From an uncultured Prolixibacteraceae bacterium (lineage in GTDB: Bacteria; Bacteroidota; Bacteroidia; Bacteroidales; Prolixibacteraceae), in assembly GCA_964472165.1 (NCBI GenBank), contig CAYYJE010000002.1, forward strand, positions 1 to 55,184: a stretch of 55,184 nucleotides of DNA. The letters are read 5' to 3'. The position numbers and the translations under genes are program-made. Positions 19,444 through 28,292 of the stretch are shown one piece after another. Position 1 is the first letter of the stretch, and every line of letters begins with the position of its first letter. The notes beneath the pieces are model-generated. The model worked only from the letters and a program-made list of their open reading frames with translations, had not been told where the DNA came from and did not search any database.

Positions 19444-20931
19444 ATGCGAAGAATTTTTTCGGTTTTTCTATTTCTGTTTCTGATTCCCGGTATAAGAAGT
19501 TATGCCCAGGAAAAGCTTTCCAATGAGATGGAGGTATTCCATACCATTTCCAGCCACGACATCCTGGAATACGCAAGCGAACTGACTTCTGAAAAATACA
19601 GGGGGAGGTTGTCGGGTTCCCCGGGTTATGCCGCTGCAGCCGGATATGTGGCTGGGCTGCTCCGGGAGTGGGGACTTAAACCGGCTGTGAACGATACCTC
19701 CTATTTCCAGTGGTTTCCCAATGCCTATACCGAAGTGTTAAATCCTGGGAAAGTGATGATTCACCGGGGGAAGGAAGCAGGATCTGCGCGAAACAGGAAG
19801 CTGGGATTTCCGGAGGAATACTATCCCGGATCCAATTCGGCGACCGGAATAGTTACCGGCGAGGTGGTTTATGCCGGTTTTGGCATTTCTGCCCCTGAAC
19901 TTGGGTACGATGATTATGCCGGCCTCGATGTAAAGGGAAAAATTGTACTCCTGGAATCAGGAACTCCTTACAGCCGTGATGATTCGGTTATGCTGAAGTG
20001 GGAACCCTACAGTTACCATCGCTATAAATTTCAGCAAGCCATGGAAATGGGTGCTGCCGGACTGTTGTATGTGGGGTTGACAGCCAATCCCAATACCACC
20101 TGGACCGACGGATTTGTGTATGCGCACATCAGCGAAGCCATTGCCGACGACATCCTTTCAGAAAAAGGGCTCCCCTATGCCGGCCTGAAAGCCGGAATTG
20201 CCAAAAAAATGGAACCCGGCTCATTTCCCTTGCGCAGGAAAGTGACCATCAAGGATTCGACCCGTCATTTTCCCCATACCAACTCCTGTAATGTGGCAGG
20301 GATCATCGAAGGAAGCGATCCTGTGCTCAAGAATGAAGCGATCATTGTTGGGGCACATCTCGATGCTATCGGCCATCCGGGTATGCTGTTCCCTGGTGCG
20401 CTGGACAATGCCTCGGGTTGTGCCGATCTCCTGGGAGCAGCCAGGGCTCTGGCCTCCCTGGAGGTCAAACCTCGCAGAACGGTTATCTTTCTCTTTTTCG
20501 GGGGTGAAGAATGCGGGCTTTACGGAAGTACTGCCTATACTCAAAACCCGCTTTGGCCGAAAGAAAAGGTGCATCTGATGCTCAACCTTGACATGGTGGG
20601 CAATGGTACGGGATTCTTCCTGCAGGGGGGATTGTCAAGCCCTGAATTGCTTCATCATTTCACCACTGGCAACGACAGCCTTATTCACCGGCCCATGAGA
20701 GCCACTGAAAACAGAACTTCTTTCGGCCGCTCCAGAACAGATGGTGCCGTATTCCAGAAAGCAGGTTACCCCATGATGAACCTTTGGACTTCGGGAACGG
20801 TTAAGCCGGTGTTCTATCACCAGCCGCTTGACAATACCGACGGGCTCACCCCTGAAATCATGGAAGATGCGGCTAAACTGCTTTACTTGGGTATCCTCGG
20901 TATTGCCAACGACACCTGTTTAAAACCCTGA
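19444..20931 (+). CDS. M28 family peptidase with PA domain, secreted
   Basis: Signal peptide; GAHLD, GALDNASG, GEECGLYGS, LNLDMVG, YHQPLD. Confidence 0.9.
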   Translation: MRRIFSVFLFLFLIPGIRSYAQEKLSNEMEVFHTISSHDILEYASELTSEKYRGRLSGSPGYAAAAGYVAGLLREWGLKPAVNDTSYFQWFPNAYTEVLNPGKVMIHRGKEAGSARNRKLGFPEEYYPGSNSATGIVTGEVVYAGFGISAPELGYDDYAGLDVKGKIVLLESGTPYSRDDSVMLKWEPYSYHRYKFQQAMEMGAAGLLYVGLTANPNTTWTDGFVYAHISEAIADDILSEKGLPYAGLKAGIAKKMEPGSFPLRRKVTIKDSTRHFPHTNSCNVAGIIEGSDPVLKNEAIIVGAHLDAIGHPGMLFPGALDNASGCADLLGAARALASLEVKPRRTVIFLFFGGEECGLYGSTAYTQNPLWPKEKVHLMLNLDMVGNGTGFFLQGGLSSPELLHHFTTGNDSLIHRPMRATENRTSFGRSRTDGAVFQKAGYPMMNLWTSGTVKPVFYHQPLDNTDGLTPEIMEDAAKLLYLGILGIANDTCLKP

Positions 20932-20966
20932 GGACTATTTGGAAATTTGCCACAGCCGCTGTATTA

Positions 20967-21006
20967 TAACATTCAGATATTCTAATCCTCTAACATTCTG
21001 ACAATT
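20967..21006. repeat. Degenerate 8-nt tandem repeat
   Basis: TAACATTC AGATATTC TAATCCTC TAACATTC TGACAATT. Confidence 0.5.
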
Positions 21007-21811
21007 GACAGCTGAGGGACACATACTCAAAATGAGGGCGGCATTTGCCACCCCGGTGGAGTATTATCTGCCTTTCAATGATACGGAGGTATCTATGAAC
21101 AGGCTTATCGGCCACGAAATAGCGCTGGAATTTACGGGTATCATCCGCTGTATTTCCTGCGGAAAGATTACGAAAACCTCATTTGCACAGGGATTTTGCT
21201 ACAATTGCCTACAAACCGCCCCTGAAGCGGGTGAGTCGGTTTTGCAGCCTGAACTGTCGAAGGCACACCTGGGTATTGCGCGCGATATGGAGTATGCGGA
21301 GAAGCACGATCTGATCGACCATGTGGTCTATCTGGCCTTGTCTCCAGGGTTGAAGGTGGGAGTCACCCGTCATCACCAGGTCCCCACGCGCTGGATTGAC
21401 CAGGGGGCTACTGAGGCTGTGGCAGTAGCCCGGACCCCAAACCGGCATATCGCCGGTATCATGGAAGTTTGGCTCAAACAGTATTTCTCTGACAAAACCA
21501 ACTGGAGGGATATGCTGCAAAATAAAAAGCCGGAAGTTGGATCGCTTGCCATTGAAAAGAGAGGGGTTTATAAACTGTTAACCCCGGAATTAAAGAAATA
21601 CTGGCTCCACGGGGAGGAAACCACCCGCATCGAATATCCGGTTTTGTGTTATCCGGAGAAGATTGTCACCGTGACATTTGACAAAACACCCCGGATCACC
21701 GGTGTCCTCCAGGGAATTAAAGGCCAGTACCTCCTGCTGGGTGACGAAACTGCCCTGAATATCCGCAGGCACAACGGTTACCAGGTAAGAATGGTCTGGG
21801 AATCTGAATGA
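21005..21811 (+). CDS. DUF2797 domain protein
   Basis: CxxC...QGFCYNC, KVGVTR, RWIDQGA, GIKGQYL. Confidence 0.85.
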   Translation: MTAEGHILKMRAAFATPVEYYLPFNDTEVSMNRLIGHEIALEFTGIIRCISCGKITKTSFAQGFCYNCLQTAPEAGESVLQPELSKAHLGIARDMEYAEKHDLIDHVVYLALSPGLKVGVTRHHQVPTRWIDQGATEAVAVARTPNRHIAGIMEVWLKQYFSDKTNWRDMLQNKKPEVGSLAIEKRGVYKLLTPELKKYWLHGEETTRIEYPVLCYPEKIVTVTFDKTPRITGVLQGIKGQYLLLGDETALNIRRHNGYQVRMVWESE

Positions 21812-21838
21812 AGCGTTATCACTGATTACATCCCGAAT

Positions 21839-22018
21839 ATGAAAATCATGAAATTTGTCAACATTAGCTACAACCTGTTCGTAGCGGTTCTGGCCCTGCT
21901 GGTTGTCAATTATTTTCTGGAAATCGTTGCAATTCCGGCCTGGCTTATGATTGTCGTGCTCGTTGTGGCAGCCCTGTTGTTCTTTGCCCGGCAATATTAC
22001 CGTTTTGGCAGGCATTGA
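21839..22018 (+). CDS. Small two-TM membrane protein (59 aa), not in supplied ORF track
   Basis: MKIMKFVNISYNLFVAVLALLVVNYFLEIVAIPAWLMIVVLVVAALLFFARQYYRFGRH; fills gap between co-directional genes. Confidence 0.7.
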   Translation: MKIMKFVNISYNLFVAVLALLVVNYFLEIVAIPAWLMIVVLVVAALLFFARQYYRFGRH

Positions 22019-22138
22019 TCCGGACCGGGGGAATAAACATGATGGAATTCCTGTGTGGGGTTCCACAATTTTTGTTTATTTGAGGCAGGAAATTAAATGG
22101 AAAAACTGAATAGTCAACAATATTCAAACGAAATCATT

Positions 22139-23155
22139 ATGGAAAATATCGACTGGAAAAATCTGGGATTCGGGTATAAAAAAACCGAATACAATGTACG
22201 CTGTTATTTCAGGAACGGCAAGTGGGGTGAACTGGAGGTCAGCTCTTCGGAGTTCATAGAGATGCACATAGGGGCTACAGCGCTTCATTACGGCCAGGAA
22301 GCCTTTGAAGGGCTGAAAGCTTTCAGGGGAAAGGACGGGAAAGTGCGGATTTTCAGGCTGAAAGACAATGACCTCCGGTTGAAGAGCTCCTGTGAAGGAA
22401 TCATGATGGAGAAGTTGCCCGAAGGGTTGTTTGAAAAAGCGGTAAAAAAGGCTGTTCAGCTGAACATGTCCTTCATCCCTCCCTATGAATCGGGTGCATC
22501 GCTTTATATCAGGCCTTTGCTGATCGGGACAGGTGCCGAAATCGGTGTAAAACCTGCCACTGAATATTTATTTATCGTATTTGTAATGCCGGTTGGCCCC
22601 TATTTCCCGGAAGGGTTCAAGCCTACTGACCTGGTAATTCTCCGGAAGTATGACCGGGCAGCTCCGCAGGGTACCGGAAAATACAAAGTAGGCGGCAACT
22701 ATGCAGCCAGCATGGTTGCAGGTTACAAAGCCAAAAAGGGAGGTTATTCGGCGGTTTTGTATCTCGACAGCAAAGAAAAGAAATACATTGACGAGTGTGG
22801 CCCGGCCAATTTCTTTGCCATAAAGGAGAATATCTATATCACTCCTGAATCGGACTCCATCCTTCCTTCCATTACCAACAAAAGCCTGATGGTACTGGCT
22901 GAGGAGATCGGTTTGAAAGTGGAAAGGAGAAAGGTTACCTACGAAGAGCTTGCCGGCTTTGAAGAGATCGGGGCTTGCGGAACCGCTGCTGTGATTTCAC
23001 CTATCAAACGGATCTATGATGCCGATGAAGAGCGTGAGTTTCTTTACGGAACAGAGCCGGGGCCCTGGAGTACTAAATTGTACAATAAACTCCGTGCAAT
23101 CCAGTATGGCGATGAGCCGGATACCCATGGGTGGACCACTGTTCTGGAGGAGTAA
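22139..23155 (+). CDS. ilvE: Branched-chain amino acid aminotransferase
   Basis: LHYGQEAFEGLKA, LYIRP, KVGGNYAAS, CGTAAVISP. Confidence 0.95.
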   Translation: MENIDWKNLGFGYKKTEYNVRCYFRNGKWGELEVSSSEFIEMHIGATALHYGQEAFEGLKAFRGKDGKVRIFRLKDNDLRLKSSCEGIMMEKLPEGLFEKAVKKAVQLNMSFIPPYESGASLYIRPLLIGTGAEIGVKPATEYLFIVFVMPVGPYFPEGFKPTDLVILRKYDRAAPQGTGKYKVGGNYAASMVAGYKAKKGGYSAVLYLDSKEKKYIDECGPANFFAIKENIYITPESDSILPSITNKSLMVLAEEIGLKVERRKVTYEELAGFEEIGACGTAAVISPIKRIYDADEEREFLYGTEPGPWSTKLYNKLRAIQYGDEPDTHGWTTVLEE

Positions 23156-23156
23156 A

Positions 23157-23279
23157 CGGTTATCGGTGTGAGAGACTCAGGGACTCAGAGATCAGGGGCT
23201 AAGGGACTGGATCACGGGATCACTGAATCACAGGATCACAGAAAAAGGGTAATCGGTGTTTCGCCGGTAATCGGTAATC
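23157..23279. repeat. Composite short-period repeat (GGATCACN octamers + GAAAAAGG + GGTAATC heptamers), copy A
   Basis: GGATCACG GGATCACT GAATCACA GGATCACA (23209-23240) then GAAAAAGGGTAATCGGTG...GGTAATCGGTAATC. Confidence 0.75.
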
Positions 23280-23292
23280 CCCGATAAAAATG

Positions 23293-23300
23293 TACTTTTG
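23293..23300 (+). promoter_or_regulatory. Bacteroidota sigma-70 -7 element for asnS
   Basis: TACTTTTG matches TAnnTTTG, 36 nt before start codon. Confidence 0.6.
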
Positions 23301-23335
23301 TAGCCCGTACGAAAACGAGCTAATAAAAGGTAGGT

Positions 23336-24772
23336 ATGATCAGGAAAAAAATCAGGGAGATTCTCAGGAGTCAGGAAACCGGCCAGGAAGTTCTTGTCAA
23401 AGGATGGGTAAGGACAAAGCGGAGCAGTAAGAATGTCAATTTCATAGCGCTGAATGACGGTTCCGTCATTCACAGCCTTCAGATCGTGGCCGATGTCACA
23501 AATTTTGATGAAGCCCTTTTTCGGGAGATCAACACAGGTGCAGCACTGGCGGTTACGGGGGTGTTGATGCCTTCGGCCGGAAGCGGCCAGCAGGTGGAGT
23601 TGATTGCCCGTCAGATTGAAATCCTGGGTGGTGCCGATCCCGAGAAATTCCCCATTCAGTCCAAGAAGCACTCACTTGAGTTCCTTCGTGAAAATGCACA
23701 TCTCCGTTTCCGGACCAATACTTTCGGGGCAATTTTCAGAATCCGTCATGCCATGGCTTATGCCATCCACGACTATTTCAACCGTCATGGGTTTTATTAT
23801 TTGCATACTCCGGTTATTACCGCTTCCGATGCAGAAGGGGCCGGGCAGATGTTCCGGGTTACCACCCTTGATGCACAGAATCCTCCCCTGAATGAGGAGG
23901 GGAAAGTTGATTTTTCTGAAGATTTCTTCGGACGGCCCACCAACCTGACTGTTTCCGGGCAATTGGAGGGAGAACTCGGGGCTACGGCTTTGGGCGAAAT
24001 TTATACCTTCGGACCCACCTTCCGGGCTGAGAATTCCAACACCACCCGCCACCTGGCTGAATTCTGGATGATTGAGCCTGAAATGGCCTTTTATGACCTG
24101 AAGGACAACATGGACCTGGCCGAGGATTTCCTCAAATCCCTCATCCGGTATGCACTCGAACATTGCGTCGACGACCTTCACTTCCTGGCAGGCAGGCTGA
24201 AAGAGGAGGAAAAGGGAAAACCACAGGATCAGCAATCCATGGATCTGGTCGAAAAACTGAAGTTTGTGGCCGACAATGAATTTGTGAGGCTTACTTATAC
24301 CGAAGCAATTGAGATCCTGAGAAATTCGAATGCCTATAAAAAGAAAAAATTCCAGTTTCCGGTAGAATGGGGCGTGGACCTTCAGAGCGAGCATGAACGT
24401 TACCTTGTGGAAAAACACTTTCAGAAACCGGTTATCCTCATCAATTACCCCAGGGAAATCAAGGCTTTTTATATGAAGCAGAATGAGGATGGCAAAACCG
24501 TGGCAGCCATGGATGTGCTTTTCCCGCAGATCGGTGAAATCATCGGGGGGTCGCAGCGGGAGGAAAATTATGGAAAACTGGTTGCCCGCATGGAAGAGAT
24601 GCATATTCCGATTGACGAAATGTGGTGGTATCTCGATACCCGCAGGTTTGGCTCCGTGCCTCACAGCGGTTTCGGATTGGGGTTTGAAAGGTTTATCCTG
24701 TTTATCACCGGAATGGGAAATATCAGGGATGTAATAGCCTTCCCGAGGACACCCAAAAATGCGGAATTCTGA
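23336..24772 (+). CDS. asnS: Asparagine--tRNA ligase
   Basis: [51 protein letters not shown]. Confidence 0.97.
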   Translation: MIRKKIREILRSQETGQEVLVKGWVRTKRSSKNVNFIALNDGSVIHSLQIVADVTNFDEALFREINTGAALAVTGVLMPSAGSGQQVELIARQIEILGGADPEKFPIQSKKHSLEFLRENAHLRFRTNTFGAIFRIRHAMAYAIHDYFNRHGFYYLHTPVITASDAEGAGQMFRVTTLDAQNPPLNEEGKVDFSEDFFGRPTNLTVSGQLEGELGATALGEIYTFGPTFRAENSNTTRHLAEFWMIEPEMAFYDLKDNMDLAEDFLKSLIRYALEHCVDDLHFLAGRLKEEEKGKPQDQQSMDLVEKLKFVADNEFVRLTYTEAIEILRNSNAYKKKKFQFPVEWGVDLQSEHERYLVEKHFQKPVILINYPREIKAFYMKQNEDGKTVAAMDVLFPQIGEIIGGSQREENYGKLVARMEEMHIPIDEMWWYLDTRRFGSVPHSGFGLGFERFILFITGMGNIRDVIAFPRTPKNAEF

Positions 24773-24848
24773 TTCAAGTGAAAAAAGCACAGGAGTCATA
24801 CTATCCCGGAAAATTTATTAAATTTGAACTTCCAGTATCAACCGGGAA

Positions 24849-26303
24849 ATGAAACAGAAACTATCGCTGCAGCAAAAATTGTTACAGAAGCTTTCACCTC
24901 AGCAAATTCAGGTGATCAAGCTTCTCGAAATCCCTGCGTTGCAGCTTGAGCAGCGCATTAAAAAAGAGCTGGAAGAAAATCCCGTCCTGGAAGTGGAAGA
25001 CGACTCTGCCTATGGGGAAGAGGAGAGTGAAAACCCGGAATTGCGAACCGATGAGGACAAAGACAACGAAGAGTTCTCAGTAGAAGATTATATGCCCGAA
25101 GATGAGATACCGGGTTATAAACTGCAAACCAACAACTATTCCCCCGACGACAAGCAGATGGACATCCCCTTCTCTGTTGGGGACACATTTCACGAATTCC
25201 TTCAGGAACAGGCTGGTATGGACAGCCTGAACGACCACCAGCAGATGCTTGCAGAATATATCATCGGGAATATTGACGAGGATGGTTATCTCAGGCGCGA
25301 TTTGCCCTCCATCAGCGATGACCTTGCCTTTCATCTGAACATGAACGTGAGTGAGGAGGAGCTGGCAATAATTCTGGAGGTGATCCAGGGATTTGATCCT
25401 CCCGGGGTGGGTGCCCGCACGCTTCAGGAATGTTTGCTCCTCCAGCTGAATCGCAGACCGGGAGAACACCAGAAACTGGCCATCACCATTATCCGGGATT
25501 ATTTCGAGGAATTTACCAAAAAGCATTACGACAAAATCTCACGCCGGCTCAACGTCGACGATACGGAGCTGAAACAGGCCATCGACCTGATCCTCAAACT
25601 CAATCCCAAACCCGGAAGCTCCTACAGCAATCCCCTTAATAAATCGAACCAGCATATTGTACCCGACTTTATTCTGGAAAGTGTGGATGGGGAACTGCAG
25701 CTGAGCCTGAACCAGAAAAACCTTCCTGAACTGAGGATCAATGAATCCTATCTCGACATGCTCCGCACAATGGCTGGAAACCGCAACAATTCCAACAAGA
25801 ATACCCGGGAAGCTGCCAATTTTGTAAAGCAAAAACTCGATTCTGCACGATGGTTCATTGACGCAATCAGGCAACGGCAACAGACTTTACTGGCCACCAT
25901 GGCTGAGATCATCGATCTTCAGAAGGAGTATTTCCGCGATGGGGATGAAACCAGGCTGAAACCCATGATACTGAAGGATATCTCAGAACGCACAGGACTG
26001 GATATCTCTACCATCTCCAGGGTTTCCAACAGCAAATATATCCAGACTCATTTTGGCATTTTTCCGTTGAAATATTTCTTTTCGGAGGCCATGCAAACTG
26101 ACACCGGAGAAGAGGTTTCAACCCGCGAAATAAAGAAAATCCTGAAAGATTGTATCGACAATGAGGACAAGCGTCACCCGGTTACCGACGAGAAACTGAC
26201 GGAAATCCTCAGGGAGAAGTCGTACAACATTGCCCGCCGGACAGTGGCAAAGTACCGGGAACAGCTTGAAATCCCGGTTGCCAGGATGCGCAAGGAACTC
26301 TGA
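24849..26303 (+). CDS. rpoN: RNA polymerase sigma-54 factor
   Basis: ELEENPVLE, DPPGVGAR, DISTISRV, RpoN box ARRTVAKYRE. Confidence 0.97.
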   Translation: MKQKLSLQQKLLQKLSPQQIQVIKLLEIPALQLEQRIKKELEENPVLEVEDDSAYGEEESENPELRTDEDKDNEEFSVEDYMPEDEIPGYKLQTNNYSPDDKQMDIPFSVGDTFHEFLQEQAGMDSLNDHQQMLAEYIIGNIDEDGYLRRDLPSISDDLAFHLNMNVSEEELAIILEVIQGFDPPGVGARTLQECLLLQLNRRPGEHQKLAITIIRDYFEEFTKKHYDKISRRLNVDDTELKQAIDLILKLNPKPGSSYSNPLNKSNQHIVPDFILESVDGELQLSLNQKNLPELRINESYLDMLRTMAGNRNNSNKNTREAANFVKQKLDSARWFIDAIRQRQQTLLATMAEIIDLQKEYFRDGDETRLKPMILKDISERTGLDISTISRVSNSKYIQTHFGIFPLKYFFSEAMQTDTGEEVSTREIKKILKDCIDNEDKRHPVTDEKLTEILREKSYNIARRTVAKYREQLEIPVARMRKEL

Positions 26304-26319
26304 GTTTTGTGCAGCGCGA

Positions 26320-27021
26320 TTAATCCCTGAATTTGTAGCCAATACCTTTGAGGGTTTTGATGTGATCGTTGCCGATCTTTTCCCTCAGCTTGCGGATATG
26401 CACGTCGATGGTCCGGTCGCCCACCACCACATTTTCACCCCATACCGAAAAGTAAATCTCTTCACGGGTGAATACCTTTCCCGGCTTGGAGACCAGCAAT
26501 GACAACAGTTCAAATTCTTTGCGCGGAAGGACCATCTCTTCGTTCCCGATTTTGACGAGGTACCGCTCTTTGTCGATTGTCAGGTTTCCAAATGACAAAG
26601 TATTTTCAGATACGGGAGCTTCTACCTCAATGGTGCCGGAGCTAAGGCGTTTCAGAAGGGCTTTGACCCTGCTAACCAACACTTTGGGCCGGATAGGTTT
26701 GGTGATATAATCGTCGGCACCAGCCTCAAATCCGGCAATCTGCGAGTAGTCTTCCCCCCGGGCAGTCAGAAAGGCTACCAGGGTATTCTGAAGCGAAGCT
26801 ATTTTCCTGATTTCTTCACAGGTGGTAATTCCGTCCATCTCCGGCATCATCAGGTCCAGCAAAATCAAATGCGGCTGGGTTTTTTCCGCCAGCTTTAATG
26901 CTTCCCTGCCATTGGTCGCAGTATACACGGTAAAACCCTCTTTCTCGAGATTGTAACTGATGAATTCCAAAATGTCAGGTTCATCATCCACCAACAGAAT
27001 CTTTGATTTTTCTTCACTCAT
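26320..27021 (-). CDS. OmpR/PhoB family response regulator (PhoP/PhoB-like)
   Basis: LVDDE, LLDLMMP, GADDYITKP, DRTIDVHIRKLREK; next to PhoR-like kinase and phosphate transporter. Confidence 0.92.
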   Translation of the reverse strand: MSEEKSKILLVDDEPDILEFISYNLEKEGFTVYTATNGREALKLAEKTQPHLILLDLMMPEMDGITTCEEIRKIASLQNTLVAFLTARGEDYSQIAGFEAGADDYITKPIRPKVLVSRVKALLKRLSSGTIEVEAPVSENTLSFGNLTIDKERYLVKIGNEEMVLPRKEFELLSLLVSKPGKVFTREEIYFSVWGENVVVGDRTIDVHIRKLREKIGNDHIKTLKGIGYKFRD

Positions 27022-27104
27022 AACTTCGTTTTTTGGTACTCAAATTTAATCCAATTGGCCGTATAATCATCTTAAAAAGGACAAATCGGTCAACCTTTGG
27101 TCAT

Positions 27105-28151
27105 TTATTTTGCCTTTTCAAGGGTGAAGGTAAAGGTGGTGCCCTCATCGGGCTTACTTTTTACGTTAATGGTCTGGTTGTGCGCTTCAATGATATGTTT
27201 GACGATCGACAATCCCAGCCCGGTACCTCCCTGTTCCCTGCTTCTCGATTTGTCGACCCGGAAAAACCGTTCAAAGACCCTCACCAGATCTTTTTTTTCC
27301 ATACCGATTCCATTGTCAGCCACCTCCACCATAATGTGTTCGTCCATATCGTAAAAACCAACCCTCACATATCCTTTTTTCTTTCCGTATTTGATCGCAT
27401 TGTTGATCAGGTTATTCAACACTTCGTTCATCCTTTTTTTGTCGGCATGCACATAAACCGGCCGGTCGGGTCGGATGGAAAATTCAAGGCTGATTTTTTG
27501 TTCGCCGGCTTTCATCTGTTCCATTTCAAAAACTTCATCGACCAGCTTTACGATGTCAAATTTTTCCATTCTCAGTTTAAGCTCTCCCGATTCCAGCTTG
27601 GTGATCGATTCGAGATCTTCCACAATGGAGATCATCCGGTTGATGCTGTTTTCGGTTCGCTGAAGGTACAGCTTATTGATTTTAGGATCATCAATTCCCC
27701 CTTCGAGAAGGGTGAGGATATATCCCTGGATATTAAAAATCGGTGTTTTCAATTCATGGGAAACATTCCCCACAAATTCCTTGCGGTATCTTTCCAGGTC
27801 TTTCAGCCGCTCTATCTCCTGCACCTGTATCTGGGCCCATGCCTCCACATCCGACTTCACTTCCGACAAGATATTGCTGCTTTTTCGGCCTGCTTTCTCC
27901 TGTTTCCTGGAGTCTGAAGGAAAGTCGAGGATGGTTTTGTAAACCGGCTTGATTTTGTCACGGATGTATTTTTTCAGGATAAACTGAAGAATAAAATAGG
28001 AAATGGCCATGAAAAGCAGCAATCCTGAAAGGATGATCCAAATTCCCGAATTGATATAGTACCCGGCCAGAACCATGAATCCCGAAAGAATTGTCAGAAC
28101 TATAGAAATGGTGAAAGCCAGTTGTCTTGAAGAATAGGTGTTCATGCGCAT
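27105..28151 (-). CDS. Sensor histidine kinase (PhoR-like)
   Basis: Two TMs; VSHELKTP H-box; NLINNAIKY; DNGIG; FERFFRVDKSRSREQGGTGLGL. Confidence 0.92.
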   Translation of the reverse strand: MRMNTYSSRQLAFTISIVLTILSGFMVLAGYYINSGIWIILSGLLLFMAISYFILQFILKKYIRDKIKPVYKTILDFPSDSRKQEKAGRKSSNILSEVKSDVEAWAQIQVQEIERLKDLERYRKEFVGNVSHELKTPIFNIQGYILTLLEGGIDDPKINKLYLQRTENSINRMISIVEDLESITKLESGELKLRMEKFDIVKLVDEVFEMEQMKAGEQKISLEFSIRPDRPVYVHADKKRMNEVLNNLINNAIKYGKKKGYVRVGFYDMDEHIMVEVADNGIGMEKKDLVRVFERFFRVDKSRSREQGGTGLGLSIVKHIIEAHNQTINVKSKPDEGTTFTFTLEKAK

Positions 28152-28191
28152 TAAATGAAAGACAAAAATAGGGAAATATCTTACATGCTGA

Positions 28192-28233
28192 CTGATAGTA
28201 AATTGATGATTTGTTAATGTTTATTTAATGTTT
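28192..28233. promoter_or_regulatory. Putative Pho box: 11 bp-periodic direct repeats
   Basis: CTGATAGTA(28192), TTGATGATT(28203), TTAATGTTT(28214), TTAATGTTT(28225) lie between divergent -7 elements at 28170-28163 and 28263-28270. Confidence 0.6.
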
Positions 28234-28292
28234 TTTGTCAGGAACGGAAGAATCATAATTTCTACTTTTGCTGCAAATTAAGAAATGCTTGC

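Noticed and set aside
23157-23279. Possible CRISPR array
   Set aside because: Units are 7-8 nt and contiguous, with no unique spacers and no cas genes in the window.
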